Counted from the stretch's first letter, positions 10,091-19,332 are shown. The stretch is 64,000 nt of DNA from an uncultured archaeon (GCA_964407715.1 CAYOWP010000005.1:1-64000); one strand, 5' to 3'. The notes: generated from the sequence alone by a model not told the origin. Numbers and translations are program-made.

Positions 10091-11281
10091 ATGAGAATAA
10101 TAGAGAGCTATCTTTATCATATAAAATCCAACAAAAAAGAGATAAGCAAAAAGCTATTTGAGGAGATTACAAAAGGGGAAACTATTGAGGATTTGGAGAG
10201 CATTGTTAATTATTTAAACAAAAAAGAAATCAAAAATTATGAATTAAGAAACTTTAATGAGGCAAGATTATTTTATAGGAGTGCAATAACTATTTTAGAA
10301 CTTCAGAGAGAATGGGATGAAATAAAGAAAGAAATGAATGTAATTTATGGTATTTCTCTTTCAAATAGATGTTACAATACATGTGATTTTTGCTGTGCAG
10401 GAGCATCACCTAATGGAAGAGTGATGAAGTATAAGAAAATAGAAAATATAAAAAAAGAATATTTGGATTTTGTGAAATGTATTGCATTTGGTGGAGAGGG
10501 AGAGCCAATATATTATAAGGACGGTAATAAAGGATTAGGAGATGTAATAGAATGCTTTTATGATAAGGGAATTAAAAATTTTTCGATTTTAACAGGGGGT
10601 ATAAGAGAAAAGTTCTTAGATAACAAATTCTATTTGACCCAATTATTCAAGATTAAGGAATTATTTTCTAAAGATCCATCTATTATGTTGGATATACTTA
10701 TTACTTTTCATTTTCATTTTAAAGAATACAGCATCTCAGATTTGTTAATGCATTATACAGGCACTTTTTATTTATTTACAAAAATATTTAATGATAATGA
10801 TAATGTTAAGTTAGGTCTAAAATTACTTTATCATAAAAATGATGATCCTTATCTATTTACTCCATATTTAGAGGAAATTGCAAAGATGTTAAACGGAAAG
10901 ATTATAATTTCTAGTAATAACAAGATTTCGGGACTCCTCGTTAATGATAAAATATTATTGATAAAAGATTATGATTATATAAATTATGCAATTAGCAAAA
11001 GAGATAAAAAAGAGAAAGATAAACTTGAAAGAAATGGTTTTTGTGATGGGAATTTGGTATATTGCCCTTTGATTAGAGATTCTGGAGATGCAATCGTATG
11101 TCCAAGTATTTTTGGCTATGATTTTTTAAAACCCTTTGCAAACATATTTGAAGATGATTTCTTAGAGAGATACAGGGGAAAAAGGAAAGAGATAAGAGAA
11201 TACTTTGAAAATAACTTTTTAGATATTATTAAAGGTAGAAAACCATACTTTTATTGTGATAATCCTTATCTTAATAAATAA
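10091..11281 (+). CDS. Radical SAM protein
   Basis: CYNTCDFC (CxxxCxxC), GGEGEP, C-terminal Cys residues. Confidence 0.8.
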   Translation: MRIIESYLYHIKSNKKEISKKLFEEITKGETIEDLESIVNYLNKKEIKNYELRNFNEARLFYRSAITILELQREWDEIKKEMNVIYGISLSNRCYNTCDFCCAGASPNGRVMKYKKIENIKKEYLDFVKCIAFGGEGEPIYYKDGNKGLGDVIECFYDKGIKNFSILTGGIREKFLDNKFYLTQLFKIKELFSKDPSIMLDILITFHFHFKEYSISDLLMHYTGTFYLFTKIFNDNDNVKLGLKLLYHKNDDPYLFTPYLEEIAKMLNGKIIISSNNKISGLLVNDKILLIKDYDYINYAISKRDKKEKDKLERNGFCDGNLVYCPLIRDSGDAIVCPSIFGYDFLKPFANIFEDDFLERYRGKRKEIREYFENNFLDIIKGRKPYFYCDNPYLNK

Positions 11282-11286
11282 ATCCT

Positions 11287-11700
11287 CTACTCCCAAATTA
11301 TCTTATCGAGCTCTCTTGAGACTCTTCGAATTCTTTCCATTATTCTTTGTATTTCATGCTCTATCTCTATGATACAACCTTCTAATGTATGAGATGGCAA
11401 AGTGTAGCCTTTTCTTGTTTTAACCAATAATCCAACACTTACCATCTTGTTGATGTGATGATATGTTGTTGTTCTTGAAATCTTAACCCTTTCAGCGATA
11501 TCATCTATGGTAAAGAATTCTTTTTCTTTGCTAACTCTAATAACCTCTTTAAATACCTCTCTTACCCCCTCTTTTTGATCCCCTTTCAAAATCAATCCTA
11601 AGGAATTTAATATCCAATCCAACATCTCTTCCGGATCACTATCAGGTAAAGGAGCCTTATTTTCCACAAACACAAGTTTCCTTCTATATCTCATAAACAT
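11287..11700 (-). CDS. Winged-helix transcriptional regulator (start likely 11700/11694, not 11868)
   Basis: FTIDDIAERVKISRTTTYHHINKMVSVGLL HTH; the ORF-track N-terminal extension overlaps the cdc48 start. Confidence 0.8.
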   Translation of the reverse strand: MFMRYRRKLVFVENKAPLPDSDPEEMLDWILNSLGLILKGDQKEGVREVFKEVIRVSKEKEFFTIDDIAERVKISRTTTYHHINKMVSVGLLVKTRKGYTLPSHTLEGCIIEIEHEIQRIMERIRRVSRELDKIIWE

Positions 11701-11774
11701 AATAATTTTAATAATAAATTTTTTAAATTTTATGTTATTTATTCTATATATTATAGAATAAAAAAGGTGAGAAC

Positions 11775-14099
11775 ATGACAGAAACAGAGAAGGTTGTGGA
11801 GTTAGAGGTTGCAGAGGCATATAAAAATGATGTTGGTAGGGGTATTGCAAGAATAGATACTCAAACAATGAATGAACTTGGCGTAGAGGCAGGGGATATC
11901 ATTCTTATTGAAGGTCAAAGTAAAGCGGCTGCTGTTGTATGGAGAGCAAGACCAGAAGATGAGGGGCTTAAAGTGATTAGAATTGACGGTATCACAAGGA
12001 ACAACGCAGGAGTAGGTTTGGGAGATAAGGTCAAAGTTAAAAAAGCAGATGCAAAGATAGCAATCTCACTTACTATAGCACCTACAGAGGAGATAAGATT
12101 TGCCTCGGATCCTGAGATGTTCTTTAAAGAGAGGATGTATGGCAAGGCATACATCAAAGGGAATAAGTTGGTTGTCAATATATTAGGAACTCCTTTGTAT
12201 TTCATAGTTACATCCACTCAACCTAAGGGAGTAGTTATTGTTGGAAATGAGACAAGGATTCATGTTAGCGAGAAGCCAGTAAGTGAGACAGCACACCGCA
12301 TACCTACTGTGACATACGAAGACATAGGAGGTTTAAAAGAGGAAATTATGAAGATAAGGGAGATGGTTGAGTTGCCATTGAAACATCCTGAGATTTTTGA
12401 GACATTAAATATTACCCCACCTAAAGGAGTGTTGCTTTATGGACCACCTGGCACAGGAAAGACATTACTTGCTAAAGCTGTAGCTAACGAGGCAGAGGCA
12501 AACTTCTTTAGCATAAATGGACCAGAGATTATGAATAAGTATTATGGAGAGAGTGAAAGAGCATTGAGGGATATATTTGAGGAGGCAGAGAAGAATGCTC
12601 CTTCCATCATCTTTATAGATGAGATAGATGCTATTGCTCCTAGGAGAGAAGAAGCTCATGGAGATGTAGAAAGAAGGGTTGTGGCTCAGCTATTGACTTT
12701 GATGGATGGTTTAAAAGGTAGGGGACAGGTAATAGTGATTGGCGCAACAAACAGGCCGGATGATATTGATCCTGCTTTGAGAAGGCCAGGTAGGTTTGAT
12801 AGAGAGATTGAGATTGGTGTTCCTGACAGAAATGCAAGGAAGGAAATCTTACAAATAAAAACCAGAGGCATGCCTTTGGATGAAAGTGTTGATTTAGATA
12901 AGATAGCGGATTTGACTCATGGTTACACTGGTGCAGATATAGAGGCTTTGGTAAAGGAGGCTGCTTTGAGAGCTGTAAGAAGAATCGTTCCAGATATAGC
13001 AAAATTTGAAGGTCGCAAGTTACCGACTGAGATTCTTAGGAAGTTAAAGGTGAGCATGGATGATTTCATGCATGCATATAAGATAGTGCATCCATCAGCT
13101 TTGAGAGAGGTGCTCATTCAAAAGCCAAAAGTTAAATGGGAGGATATAGGGGATCTTGAGGATGTAAAGCAACAGTTAAGGGAAGTAGTAGAGTGGCCAT
13201 TAAAGTATCCTAAGGACTTTGAGAAACTTGGCATTAAACCACCAAAAGGAATACTGCTTCATGGACCACCTGGCACAGGAAAGACATTACTTGCTAAAGC
13301 TGTAGCTAACGAGGCTGAGGCAAATTTCATTGCTGTTAAAGGACCCGAGTTGATAAGTAAGTGGGTTGGAGAGAGCGAGAAGCATATCCGTGAGATTTTC
13401 AGAAAGGCAAGACAAGCAGCTCCCACAATAATTTTCTTTGATGAAATTGACTCTATAGCAAGTGCGAGAGGCAGAGGTTTAGATGCTGGTGTGACAGAGA
13501 GAATGGTTAATCAACTTCTTACTGAGTTGGATGGTATCGAGGAATTAGAGAGGGTAGTGGTTATTGCTGCAACAAACCGCTTGGATATGGTTGATCCTGC
13601 TTTGTTGAGGCCAGGTAGATTTGATAGAGTCATTGAGATACCAATGCCCGATGAAAAAGCAAGATTAGAGATTTTCAAGGTACATACAAGAAGCATGCCA
13701 TTAGGCAAGGATGTATGGGAATTCATCAAAAAAATTGTAAAAGATAAAGAATCATTGAAGGACGAAATTTTATCAAAATATAAATTAAAAGATGAAGAAA
13801 TAAAAGAGGAATTTAATAAAATAAATAGTGAAGATGATGTAAATGAGTTCATAAAGAAATATAAAGACAAGATAAAAGATAAGAAATCTTTCGAAAAAGA
13901 TGTATTACAGATGTTAGAATTATTAGAATATACAATGGAAGGATTTACTGGTGCTGATATTGAAGCAGTAGTGAAAGAGGCAGGAATGGAAGCTCTGAGA
14001 GAGGCAAGAAAGAAAGGAGAGGAAATAGATAAAGTTAAAAAAGAGCACTTTATGAGAGCTATTAAGAAGGTAAAAGAGACTATTAATAGAAGAAAATGA
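11775..14099 (+). CDS. cdc48: CDC48/VAT family AAA+ ATPase
   Basis: N-domain plus two AAA modules (GPPGTGKT x2, DEID, RPGRFDR x2). Confidence 0.97.
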   Translation: MTETEKVVELEVAEAYKNDVGRGIARIDTQTMNELGVEAGDIILIEGQSKAAAVVWRARPEDEGLKVIRIDGITRNNAGVGLGDKVKVKKADAKIAISLTIAPTEEIRFASDPEMFFKERMYGKAYIKGNKLVVNILGTPLYFIVTSTQPKGVVIVGNETRIHVSEKPVSETAHRIPTVTYEDIGGLKEEIMKIREMVELPLKHPEIFETLNITPPKGVLLYGPPGTGKTLLAKAVANEAEANFFSINGPEIMNKYYGESERALRDIFEEAEKNAPSIIFIDEIDAIAPRREEAHGDVERRVVAQLLTLMDGLKGRGQVIVIGATNRPDDIDPALRRPGRFDREIEIGVPDRNARKEILQIKTRGMPLDESVDLDKIADLTHGYTGADIEALVKEAALRAVRRIVPDIAKFEGRKLPTEILRKLKVSMDDFMHAYKIVHPSALREVLIQKPKVKWEDIGDLEDVKQQLREVVEWPLKYPKDFEKLGIKPPKGILLHGPPGTGKTLLAKAVANEAEANFIAVKGPELISKWVGESEKHIREIFRKARQAAPTIIFFDEIDSIASARGRGLDAGVTERMVNQLLTELDGIEELERVVVIAATNRLDMVDPALLRPGRFDRVIEIPMPDEKARLEIFKVHTRSMPLGKDVWEFIKKIVKDKESLKDEILSKYKLKDEEIKEEFNKINSEDDVNEFIKKYKDKIKDKKSFEKDVLQMLELLEYTMEGFTGADIEAVVKEAGMEALREARKKGEEIDKVKKEHFMRAIKKVKETINRRK

Positions 14100-14208
14100 G
14101 AATTTAAATTTTTACTTTTTTTAATTTTATTATTTTGGTGTTATTTCGTTTTTGATATATTTAAAATCTAATATAAGTATTGATGTATACATACATAATA
14201 ATTCCGGT

Positions 14209-14502
14209 TTAATTATCGTCTTCTTCCTCTTTTGGTTCAAACCATCTTACTACTTTACCACATCTTAAACATTTTTTCTTCCATTCTCTTACATTGCTAG
14301 AATAAATGTTAATATAAGTAGGTTTTCCCCATTTATGTATTCCTATTCTGCATAAAAAAGGTTTATTTTCGTTAGATAATGGAGATATTTCAAACAAATT
14401 TATCAAAGAAATTATAGAACGGGATAAAGAGGATAAGATGCCATTTAAAATAGGAATAAAAATTAAAATAGTTATTATAATGCAAACAATCTTATAACAC
14501 AT
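14209..14502 (-). CDS. Small membrane-anchored protein with Cys/His Zn-finger-like tail (cargo block A)
   Basis: N-terminal hydrophobic helix, LCRIGIHKW...CLRCGK; very AT-rich. Confidence 0.5.
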   Translation of the reverse strand: MCYKIVCIIITILIFIPILNGILSSLSRSIISLINLFEISPLSNENKPFLCRIGIHKWGKPTYINIYSSNVREWKKKCLRCGKVVRWFEPKEEEDDN

Positions 14503-14594
14503 AAAATTATAAATGAATCAAAAGAGAAATATACGCTTATAACTAAAATTAGAAATATAATTAAGATGCTACTGATATAATATACAATATATAT

Positions 14595-14930
14595 TCAAAG
14601 GGAGAATCCACCATATACTATTTCTTTTATATAGTATACTAATTTGAGTGATACTTCGTCTTCTCTTTTATTAATATATTCAAAAATCATAGAAAAAATG
14701 ATATATGAAATAAAGAATATAAGAGATATTATGATGATATCTTTTTTATAAAAGATATTTTCTACAAAAAATGATAAAACATTGTATATAATCTTGATCA
14801 GGTTTATATTTTTTACATTTTCTATATTTGTAGATTGAATGGCTGTTGAAATATATCCGTTATAATATATATAGGATAATATAGTAAGTAATATTAATCT
14901 TGTATTCTCATTTTTAAAGTTATTTATCAT
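14595..14930 (-). CDS. Small hydrophobic ORF, possibly a pseudogene fragment (cargo block A)
   Basis: 111 aa, hydrophobic, extremely AT-rich. Confidence 0.35.
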   Translation of the reverse strand: MINNFKNENTRLILLTILSYIYYNGYISTAIQSTNIENVKNINLIKIIYNVLSFFVENIFYKKDIIIISLIFFISYIIFSMIFEYINKREDEVSLKLVYYIKEIVYGGFSL

Positions 14931-15011
14931 AAAAATTAATTAAATATTACATTAAAAATTTAAAAATTTTTAACTGTATAAATAAACAAATTATTTAAAT
15001 AAAAACAACCT

Positions 15012-15173
15012 GATGGCTTTACCGGTGCTGATATCGAGGCAGTATGTAGAGAGGCTGCCATGAATGCATTAAGAGAAGCAAGGGCTAAGGGCAAAGAGGT
15101 GAAGGAAGTTAAGAAGAAGCATTTCGAAGAGGCAATTAAAAAAGTTAAAGAGAGTGTGGAGAGGAGGAAGTGA
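15012..15173 (+). pseudogene. Orphan cdc48 3'-tip copy 1
   Basis: Translates [53 protein letters not shown], aligning to the cdc48 end [53 protein letters not shown]. Confidence 0.95.
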
Positions 15174-15206
15174 TGTTAAATAATTTTATAATTTTTACCT
15201 ATGAGT

Positions 15207-15233
15207 AGGGAAATATTTTTAAATTATTTCCCT
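15207..15233 (+). promoter_or_regulatory. Inverted-repeat operator-like site bracketing a TATA-like box upstream of the AAA ATPase
   Basis: AGGGAAATA-TTTTTAAAT-TATTTCCCT; second copy at 19060-19090. Confidence 0.55.
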
Positions 15234-15249
15234 GTATAATATACTACAT

Positions 15250-16509
15250 ATGGAGGTATATAAGCTAAGAGAGGTCGTAAAAGATTATTATGAAAAAGAA
15301 ATTCCGGAAATTATAGAACGTGAAATAAAGGTATCTTTACCTGAGAATATAGATAGATGTGTTGTTCTAATTGGTCCGCGAAGAGCAGGAAAAACATATT
15401 ATTTATTTCAACAAATGAGTAAATTAAAAAAGAATGAAAGAATATACATAAATTTTGAAGATTTCAGGTTTGAAAACGAAAATTATAAAGTGATTTTAGA
15501 GATAGTTGATCAATTTTTTCAATTAACGGGTTGTGAAAAGCCCATTTTATTTCTTGATGAGATTCAAAACATAAAAGATTGGGAAATTGCGGTAAGAAAT
15601 TTAATTGATCAAAGATATAAGATATTTATTACTGGTTCTAACTCTAAATTGTTAAGTAGAGAAATATCTACCTCATTAAGAGGAAGAAGTTTGAATTATT
15701 ATATTTTTCCGTTTTCTTTTTTAGAATTTTTGAAAGTTAAAAAAATGAAAGTGAATAAATTTATTAGCAGTAAAGATAAAAATATGATATTGCGGTATTT
15801 GGAAGAATATCTAGAATTTGGAGGATATCCCGAGGTTGTATTAAGTGAAGAAAAAGAAAATAAGGAGAGAATCTTAAAAGAAATATGGGACTTAACAATC
15901 TTAAAAGATATAGTAGAAAGATACGGATTCAAGAATATAAAAATATTGAGGTTATTAATTAAAGCAATAATAGAATCAAAGGAATTGTCCATTCATAAAT
16001 TCTATAATTTTTTGAAATCTATGAATATTCGAGTTAGTAAAAATACTCTTTATGAATACTTACAGGCATTAAGTGATGTGATGATAGTTTTTCCGGTTCA
16101 TAACTATGCACCCACATATAAAGATGTAGAGAGAAGCATTCCTAAAATGTATTTGGTGGATAATGGGTTATATCTGCATTCTAAAGACATAGGAAGAAAA
16201 ATGGAAAATGTTGTGTTTGTGCATTTAAAAAGACAGGAGAATTATGCACCTTTGCAAGAAATATATTATTATAAAACGAAAAATAATAAAGAAATAGATT
16301 TTGTAGTCAAAAATGGCAATAATATTGAAATTATAGAGGTATGTTATGTATTTGATGAAGAACACAAAAGAAAATTAATTTGTGCAATGGAAGAACTTAA
16401 TTTAGAAGAATGTGTGTGTATTACTTGGGATGAGGAAGAAAAAATAGAAGAAAAAAACAAAAAAATACTTCTTATTCCTTTATGGAAGTGGCTAATCTCA
16501 GTAAAGTAA
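15250..16509 (+). CDS. AAA_14/DUF4143-type ATP-binding protein (cargo block B)
   Basis: GPRRAGKT, FLDEIQ, ITGSNS, GGYPE, KMYLVDNG, EIDFVV...IEV. Confidence 0.9.
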   Translation: MEVYKLREVVKDYYEKEIPEIIEREIKVSLPENIDRCVVLIGPRRAGKTYYLFQQMSKLKKNERIYINFEDFRFENENYKVILEIVDQFFQLTGCEKPILFLDEIQNIKDWEIAVRNLIDQRYKIFITGSNSKLLSREISTSLRGRSLNYYIFPFSFLEFLKVKKMKVNKFISSKDKNMILRYLEEYLEFGGYPEVVLSEEKENKERILKEIWDLTILKDIVERYGFKNIKILRLLIKAIIESKELSIHKFYNFLKSMNIRVSKNTLYEYLQALSDVMIVFPVHNYAPTYKDVERSIPKMYLVDNGLYLHSKDIGRKMENVVFVHLKRQENYAPLQEIYYYKTKNNKEIDFVVKNGNNIEIIEVCYVFDEEHKRKLICAMEELNLEECVCITWDEEEKIEEKNKKILLIPLWKWLISVK

Positions 16510-16524
16510 ATAAGAAATAAAAGT

Positions 16525-16587
16525 AAGAAGAAAACCTTCGAGGAGGCTATTAAAAAGATTAAGGAGAGTGTGGAGAGGAGGAAGTAA
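16525..16587 (+). pseudogene. Orphan cdc48 3'-tip copy 2
   Basis: KKKTFEEAIKKIKESVERRK*. Confidence 0.9.
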
Positions 16588-16597
16588 GGGTTTTACT

Positions 16598-17398
16598 TTA
16601 CTCTGCGATTATTTTTTCTATTCTCTTCCTGTACTCAGGCACTTCTATGAATTCCTTTATTAATTCCTTAGCATCTTTTTTGTTCCGAGAACCCTTGCAT
16701 TGCGTAGCACTATGCTTTTCAATGAAAATTGTTAAAACACAGTCTTCCTTCTTCACGCTGAAGTTTATGTTTTTCTCGAAATTTTTGAGGACAGCCTCGA
16801 TATCTTCCTTTTCAAACGTTGAAGGGATTTCCGAACCGGAAAATTTTAAATTCTGCTCTCTGTAAGTCATAAAGATTCTCAGTTCGTTTTCATCAAGAAT
16901 CTTTTTCGCTTCACTAACCTCCATCTTTAGAGGTGTAGGATCAACAACCAGCGCCTTTCCTCCATATCTCAACACTCTGTAAATTTCCTCGAAGAAAAAA
17001 TCTGGACATCTTAGTCCGTGCAAAACACCTGTTGATACAATATAATCGAAGTAATTTTCCTTAAACGGTAGGCGGTACGCATCTGCTGCCACAAATCTCG
17101 CTTTATCTTTCGTGTATTTTTTAAAATACTTCGAAAATTCGAGCGTGCAATCTATTCCAATGTACGTACCCTCGACTAATCTCGAAATTTCATAAAGCAG
17201 CATTCCGTGAGCGGTTCCTATGTCAAGTAATTTTATTTCCCTCTTCGGATTTTTTCCAATATCTTCTGCAATCCTTTTTGCTATTCTACGATAAAAATCC
17301 TTTCCCGCGTACTCACATATTTTCACATATGTTTTGACGTGCTCTTCGGGAATTCTTTCCCATGATTTCATATCAAGATAATATCCATTAAATTTCAT
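16598..17398 (-). CDS. Class I SAM-dependent methyltransferase (cargo block C)
   Basis: LLDIGTAHG, ADAYRLPF, FDYIVS, EIYRVLRYGG; visibly more GC/CpG-rich than its neighbours. Confidence 0.9.
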   Translation of the reverse strand: MKFNGYYLDMKSWERIPEEHVKTYVKICEYAGKDFYRRIAKRIAEDIGKNPKREIKLLDIGTAHGMLLYEISRLVEGTYIGIDCTLEFSKYFKKYTKDKARFVAADAYRLPFKENYFDYIVSTGVLHGLRCPDFFFEEIYRVLRYGGKALVVDPTPLKMEVSEAKKILDENELRIFMTYREQNLKFSGSEIPSTFEKEDIEAVLKNFEKNINFSVKKEDCVLTIFIEKHSATQCKGSRNKKDAKELIKEFIEVPEYRKRIEKIIAE

Positions 17399-17513
17399 GT
17401 ATTATCTCCTCTAAAGAATACTCCTCTCCTTTTTCCATATTTCTTAAAATATTATTGATTTTTTCTTTTATTTTCTCCATATCTTCTTTAATTGCGTATT
17501 GGATCTTAGGCAT
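17388..17513 (-). CDS. 41-aa ORF paralogous to the antitoxin-like ORF at 18124-18291
   Basis: MPKIQYAIKEDMEKIKEKINNILRNMEKGEEYSLEEIIHEI*; overlaps the methyltransferase start. Confidence 0.6.
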   Translation of the reverse strand: MPKIQYAIKEDMEKIKEKINNILRNMEKGEEYSLEEIIHEI

Positions 17514-17584
17514 GATTTCACTTTATTTATACATCCTATACATACTTTAAACTATTTATACTTTAAAAAGCTTTGAGAAATAAA

Positions 17585-17743
17585 GGCATTGTCCAATAAT
17601 CTTCTATTTGTTAAGCGGAAAAGCAGCCTTTTAAAGAAGTGCATGAGAGAAAGCTAACCTTGTAGAGCCAATGCGATTACCGCTATAAGTGCTATTTGCG
17701 CGTTAAATTTCCGCTTAACAATAAGGAATTATCGGACAATGCC
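17585..17743. mobile_element. MITE-like element, 159 bp
   Basis: TIRs GGCATTGTCCAATAAT / ATTATCGGACAATGCC; flanks AGAAATAAA / AGAGATAAA (9-bp TSD, one mismatch). Confidence 0.85.
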
Positions 17744-17746
17744 AGA

Positions 17747-17809
17747 GATAAAAAGCATTTTGATGAAGCAATTAAAAAAATTAAGGGGAGTATGAAGAAT
17801 GTGAGGTAA
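17747..17809 (+). pseudogene. Orphan cdc48 3'-tip copy 3
   Basis: DKKHFDEAIKKIKGSMKNVR*; overlaps the 3' end of the MazF-like gene on the opposite strand. Confidence 0.8.
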
Positions 17810-18122
17810 TATTAAACAAACCCTTTAATTTTTCTTTTATTTCTTCAATTTTGGTAGAGGTTAATTTTCCTATTGTTTTATAGATTAAACTTTTTTCAAC
17901 AGTATATATAGAATGAAGATGTATAAAACTTTCTTTTTTTATTTTACCTTCTTTCAAACTACTTTGGTTAATTTTAATCTCATATTTACTTATTTGACTT
18001 TTAGAACTTATTTTACACACAATAACATCCTTCTTAGAAACATCTGCTAATATCATTACAGGTCTTAATTTATAAGATTCATATGAAGAATATATTAACT
18101 TCAAAACAACTATGTCTCCCAT
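17781..18122 (-). CDS. PemK/MazF-family toxin (start likely 18122; cargo block D)
   Basis: MGDIVV...KLRPVMIL...VIVCKISSK...ESFI...IYTVEKSLI...IGKL. Confidence 0.85.
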   Translation of the reverse strand: MGDIVVLKLIYSSYESYKLRPVMILADVSKKDVIVCKISSKSQISKYEIKINQSSLKEGKIKKESFIHLHSIYTVEKSLIYKTIGKLTSTKIEEIKEKLKGLFNITSHSSYSP

Positions 18123-18123
18123 G

Positions 18124-18291
18124 TTATATCTCAAATAGTTCCTCTGCATCTTCCCCTTCCTTATATAATCTTTCATGAGAATATCTTTTCAAAGATGACG
18201 ATTCTAAAAATTCTATTTTCTCTAATACTTCTTTTATTAAATATTTTATTTCCTCTATATCCTCTTTAGTTGCATACCTTACAGAAGGCAT
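18124..18291 (-). CDS. Putative antitoxin, 55 aa (missing from ORF track)
   Basis: MPSVRYATKEDIEEIKYLIKEVLEKIEFLESSSLKRYSHERLYKEGEDAEELFEI*; GGTGGTGA RBS; acidic tail; abuts the toxin start. Confidence 0.7.
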   Translation of the reverse strand: MPSVRYATKEDIEEIKYLIKEVLEKIEFLESSSLKRYSHERLYKEGEDAEELFEI

Positions 18292-18348
18292 TATCACCAC
18301 CTTATAAGAATATAATAACTTTGAACTTTAAAAATGTTGTTTGATAAT

Positions 18349-18408
18349 AAGAGACACTTTAGACGAGTAATTAAGAAGGGTAATGAGAGTATGAAGAAAA
18401 GGAAGTAA
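18349..18408 (+). pseudogene. Orphan cdc48 3'-tip copy 4 (degenerate)
   Basis: KRHFRRVIKKGNESMKKRK*. Confidence 0.7.
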
Positions 18409-18460
18409 TTTTCTTAATATTTTAAAATCTGAAAGATTATGGTATATTTATATACCTATA

Positions 18461-18694
18461 ATGTGTGGTGATTGCATGTATATAACCTATGACAAAGAAA
18501 ACGATGTACTTTACATAAAGTACAAAGAGGGAAAAATAATGGAAAGTGAAGAAATAAGTGAAGGCATTATTGTTGATTATGATGAAAAAGGAGAAATTAT
18601 AGGAATAGAGATTTTAAACTTTAAAGAGAGAAGTGATTTTAACTTAAAAGAATTTATTTTGTCTGAGGGTAAGAACATCTCAGTGATTCTATGA
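18461..18694 (+). CDS. DUF2283-family protein, putative antitoxin (cargo block E)
   Basis: ITYDKENDVLYI...IIVDYDEKGEIIGIEIL. Confidence 0.85.
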   Translation: MCGDCMYITYDKENDVLYIKYKEGKIMESEEISEGIIVDYDEKGEIIGIEILNFKERSDFNLKEFILSEGKNISVIL

Positions 18695-18915
18695 AAATAA
18701 TATTTACTAAGCATGCTTTGGAAAGAATGAAGGAAAGAGATATAGGATTTAAGGAAGTTAAGAGTACTTTGAAAAATCCTGATAAAATTGCTAATAATAG
18801 ATATATCAAGAAAATAGATTCTTATGTGTTGATTGTAGTAGTTAATGAGGAGAGTAAAGGAGTCATCAAGATTGTTACAGTATTCAAAAGTTCTAAAATA
18901 AGTAAGTATTTATAG
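18691..18915 (+). CDS. DUF4258-family (RelE/BrnT-like) putative toxin (cargo block E)
   Basis: IIFTKHALERMKERDI...LKNPD...IVTVF; ATGA overlap with the DUF2283 gene. Confidence 0.8.
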   Translation: MKIIFTKHALERMKERDIGFKEVKSTLKNPDKIANNRYIKKIDSYVLIVVVNEESKGVIKIVTVFKSSKISKYL

Positions 18916-18923
18916 TAAGATTT

Positions 18924-19028
18924 TTAAGAGAAGCCAGGGCTAAAGGTAAGGAAGTGGAGGAAGTCAAGAAAAAACACTTTGAAGAAGCAATTAAGAAGAT
19001 TAAGGAGAGTGTGGAGAGGAGGAAGTGA
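18924..19028 (+). pseudogene. Orphan cdc48 3'-tip copy 5
   Basis: LREARAKGKEVEEVKKKHFEEAIKKIKESVERRK*; followed by ~60 bp nearly identical to the sequence after copy 1. Confidence 0.95.
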
Positions 19029-19174
19029 TATTAAATAATTTTATAATTTTTACCTATAAATAGGGAAATATTTTTAAATTATTTCCCTATATATTGACAG
19101 TAAAGATAAGAGAAAAAAATTTGGAGATTATTCAGAAGTTGTGTCAAATAAAAGAACACAAAAAAGCCAATCAT

Positions 19175-19246
19175 AGCAGTTAACCCCTTGAATATGGCTA
19201 TACTTTCCGTTAACCAAATTTCTCAAAATATATTATTGGGCAATAC
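19175..19246 (-). mobile_element. Truncated half of the MITE-like element
   Basis: Reverse complement of the start of the 42275-42407 element, ending in the degenerate TIR ATTATTGGGCAATAC. Confidence 0.7.
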
Positions 19247-19332
19247 ATGGAAATGACTAATTATGTGTTAAGAAAATATATATTTTTGATGTAATTATAA
19301 TATAATATTTATCCAAATTATGTTCAAAGCAG

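Noticed and set aside
13716-13937. Intein in CDC48
   Set aside because: No N-terminal C/S or C-terminal HN splice motifs, and too short.
14100-19095. Prophage or integrative element with att sites
   Set aside because: No integrase, replication or virion genes; the repeats are diverged coding tips rather than identical att cores.
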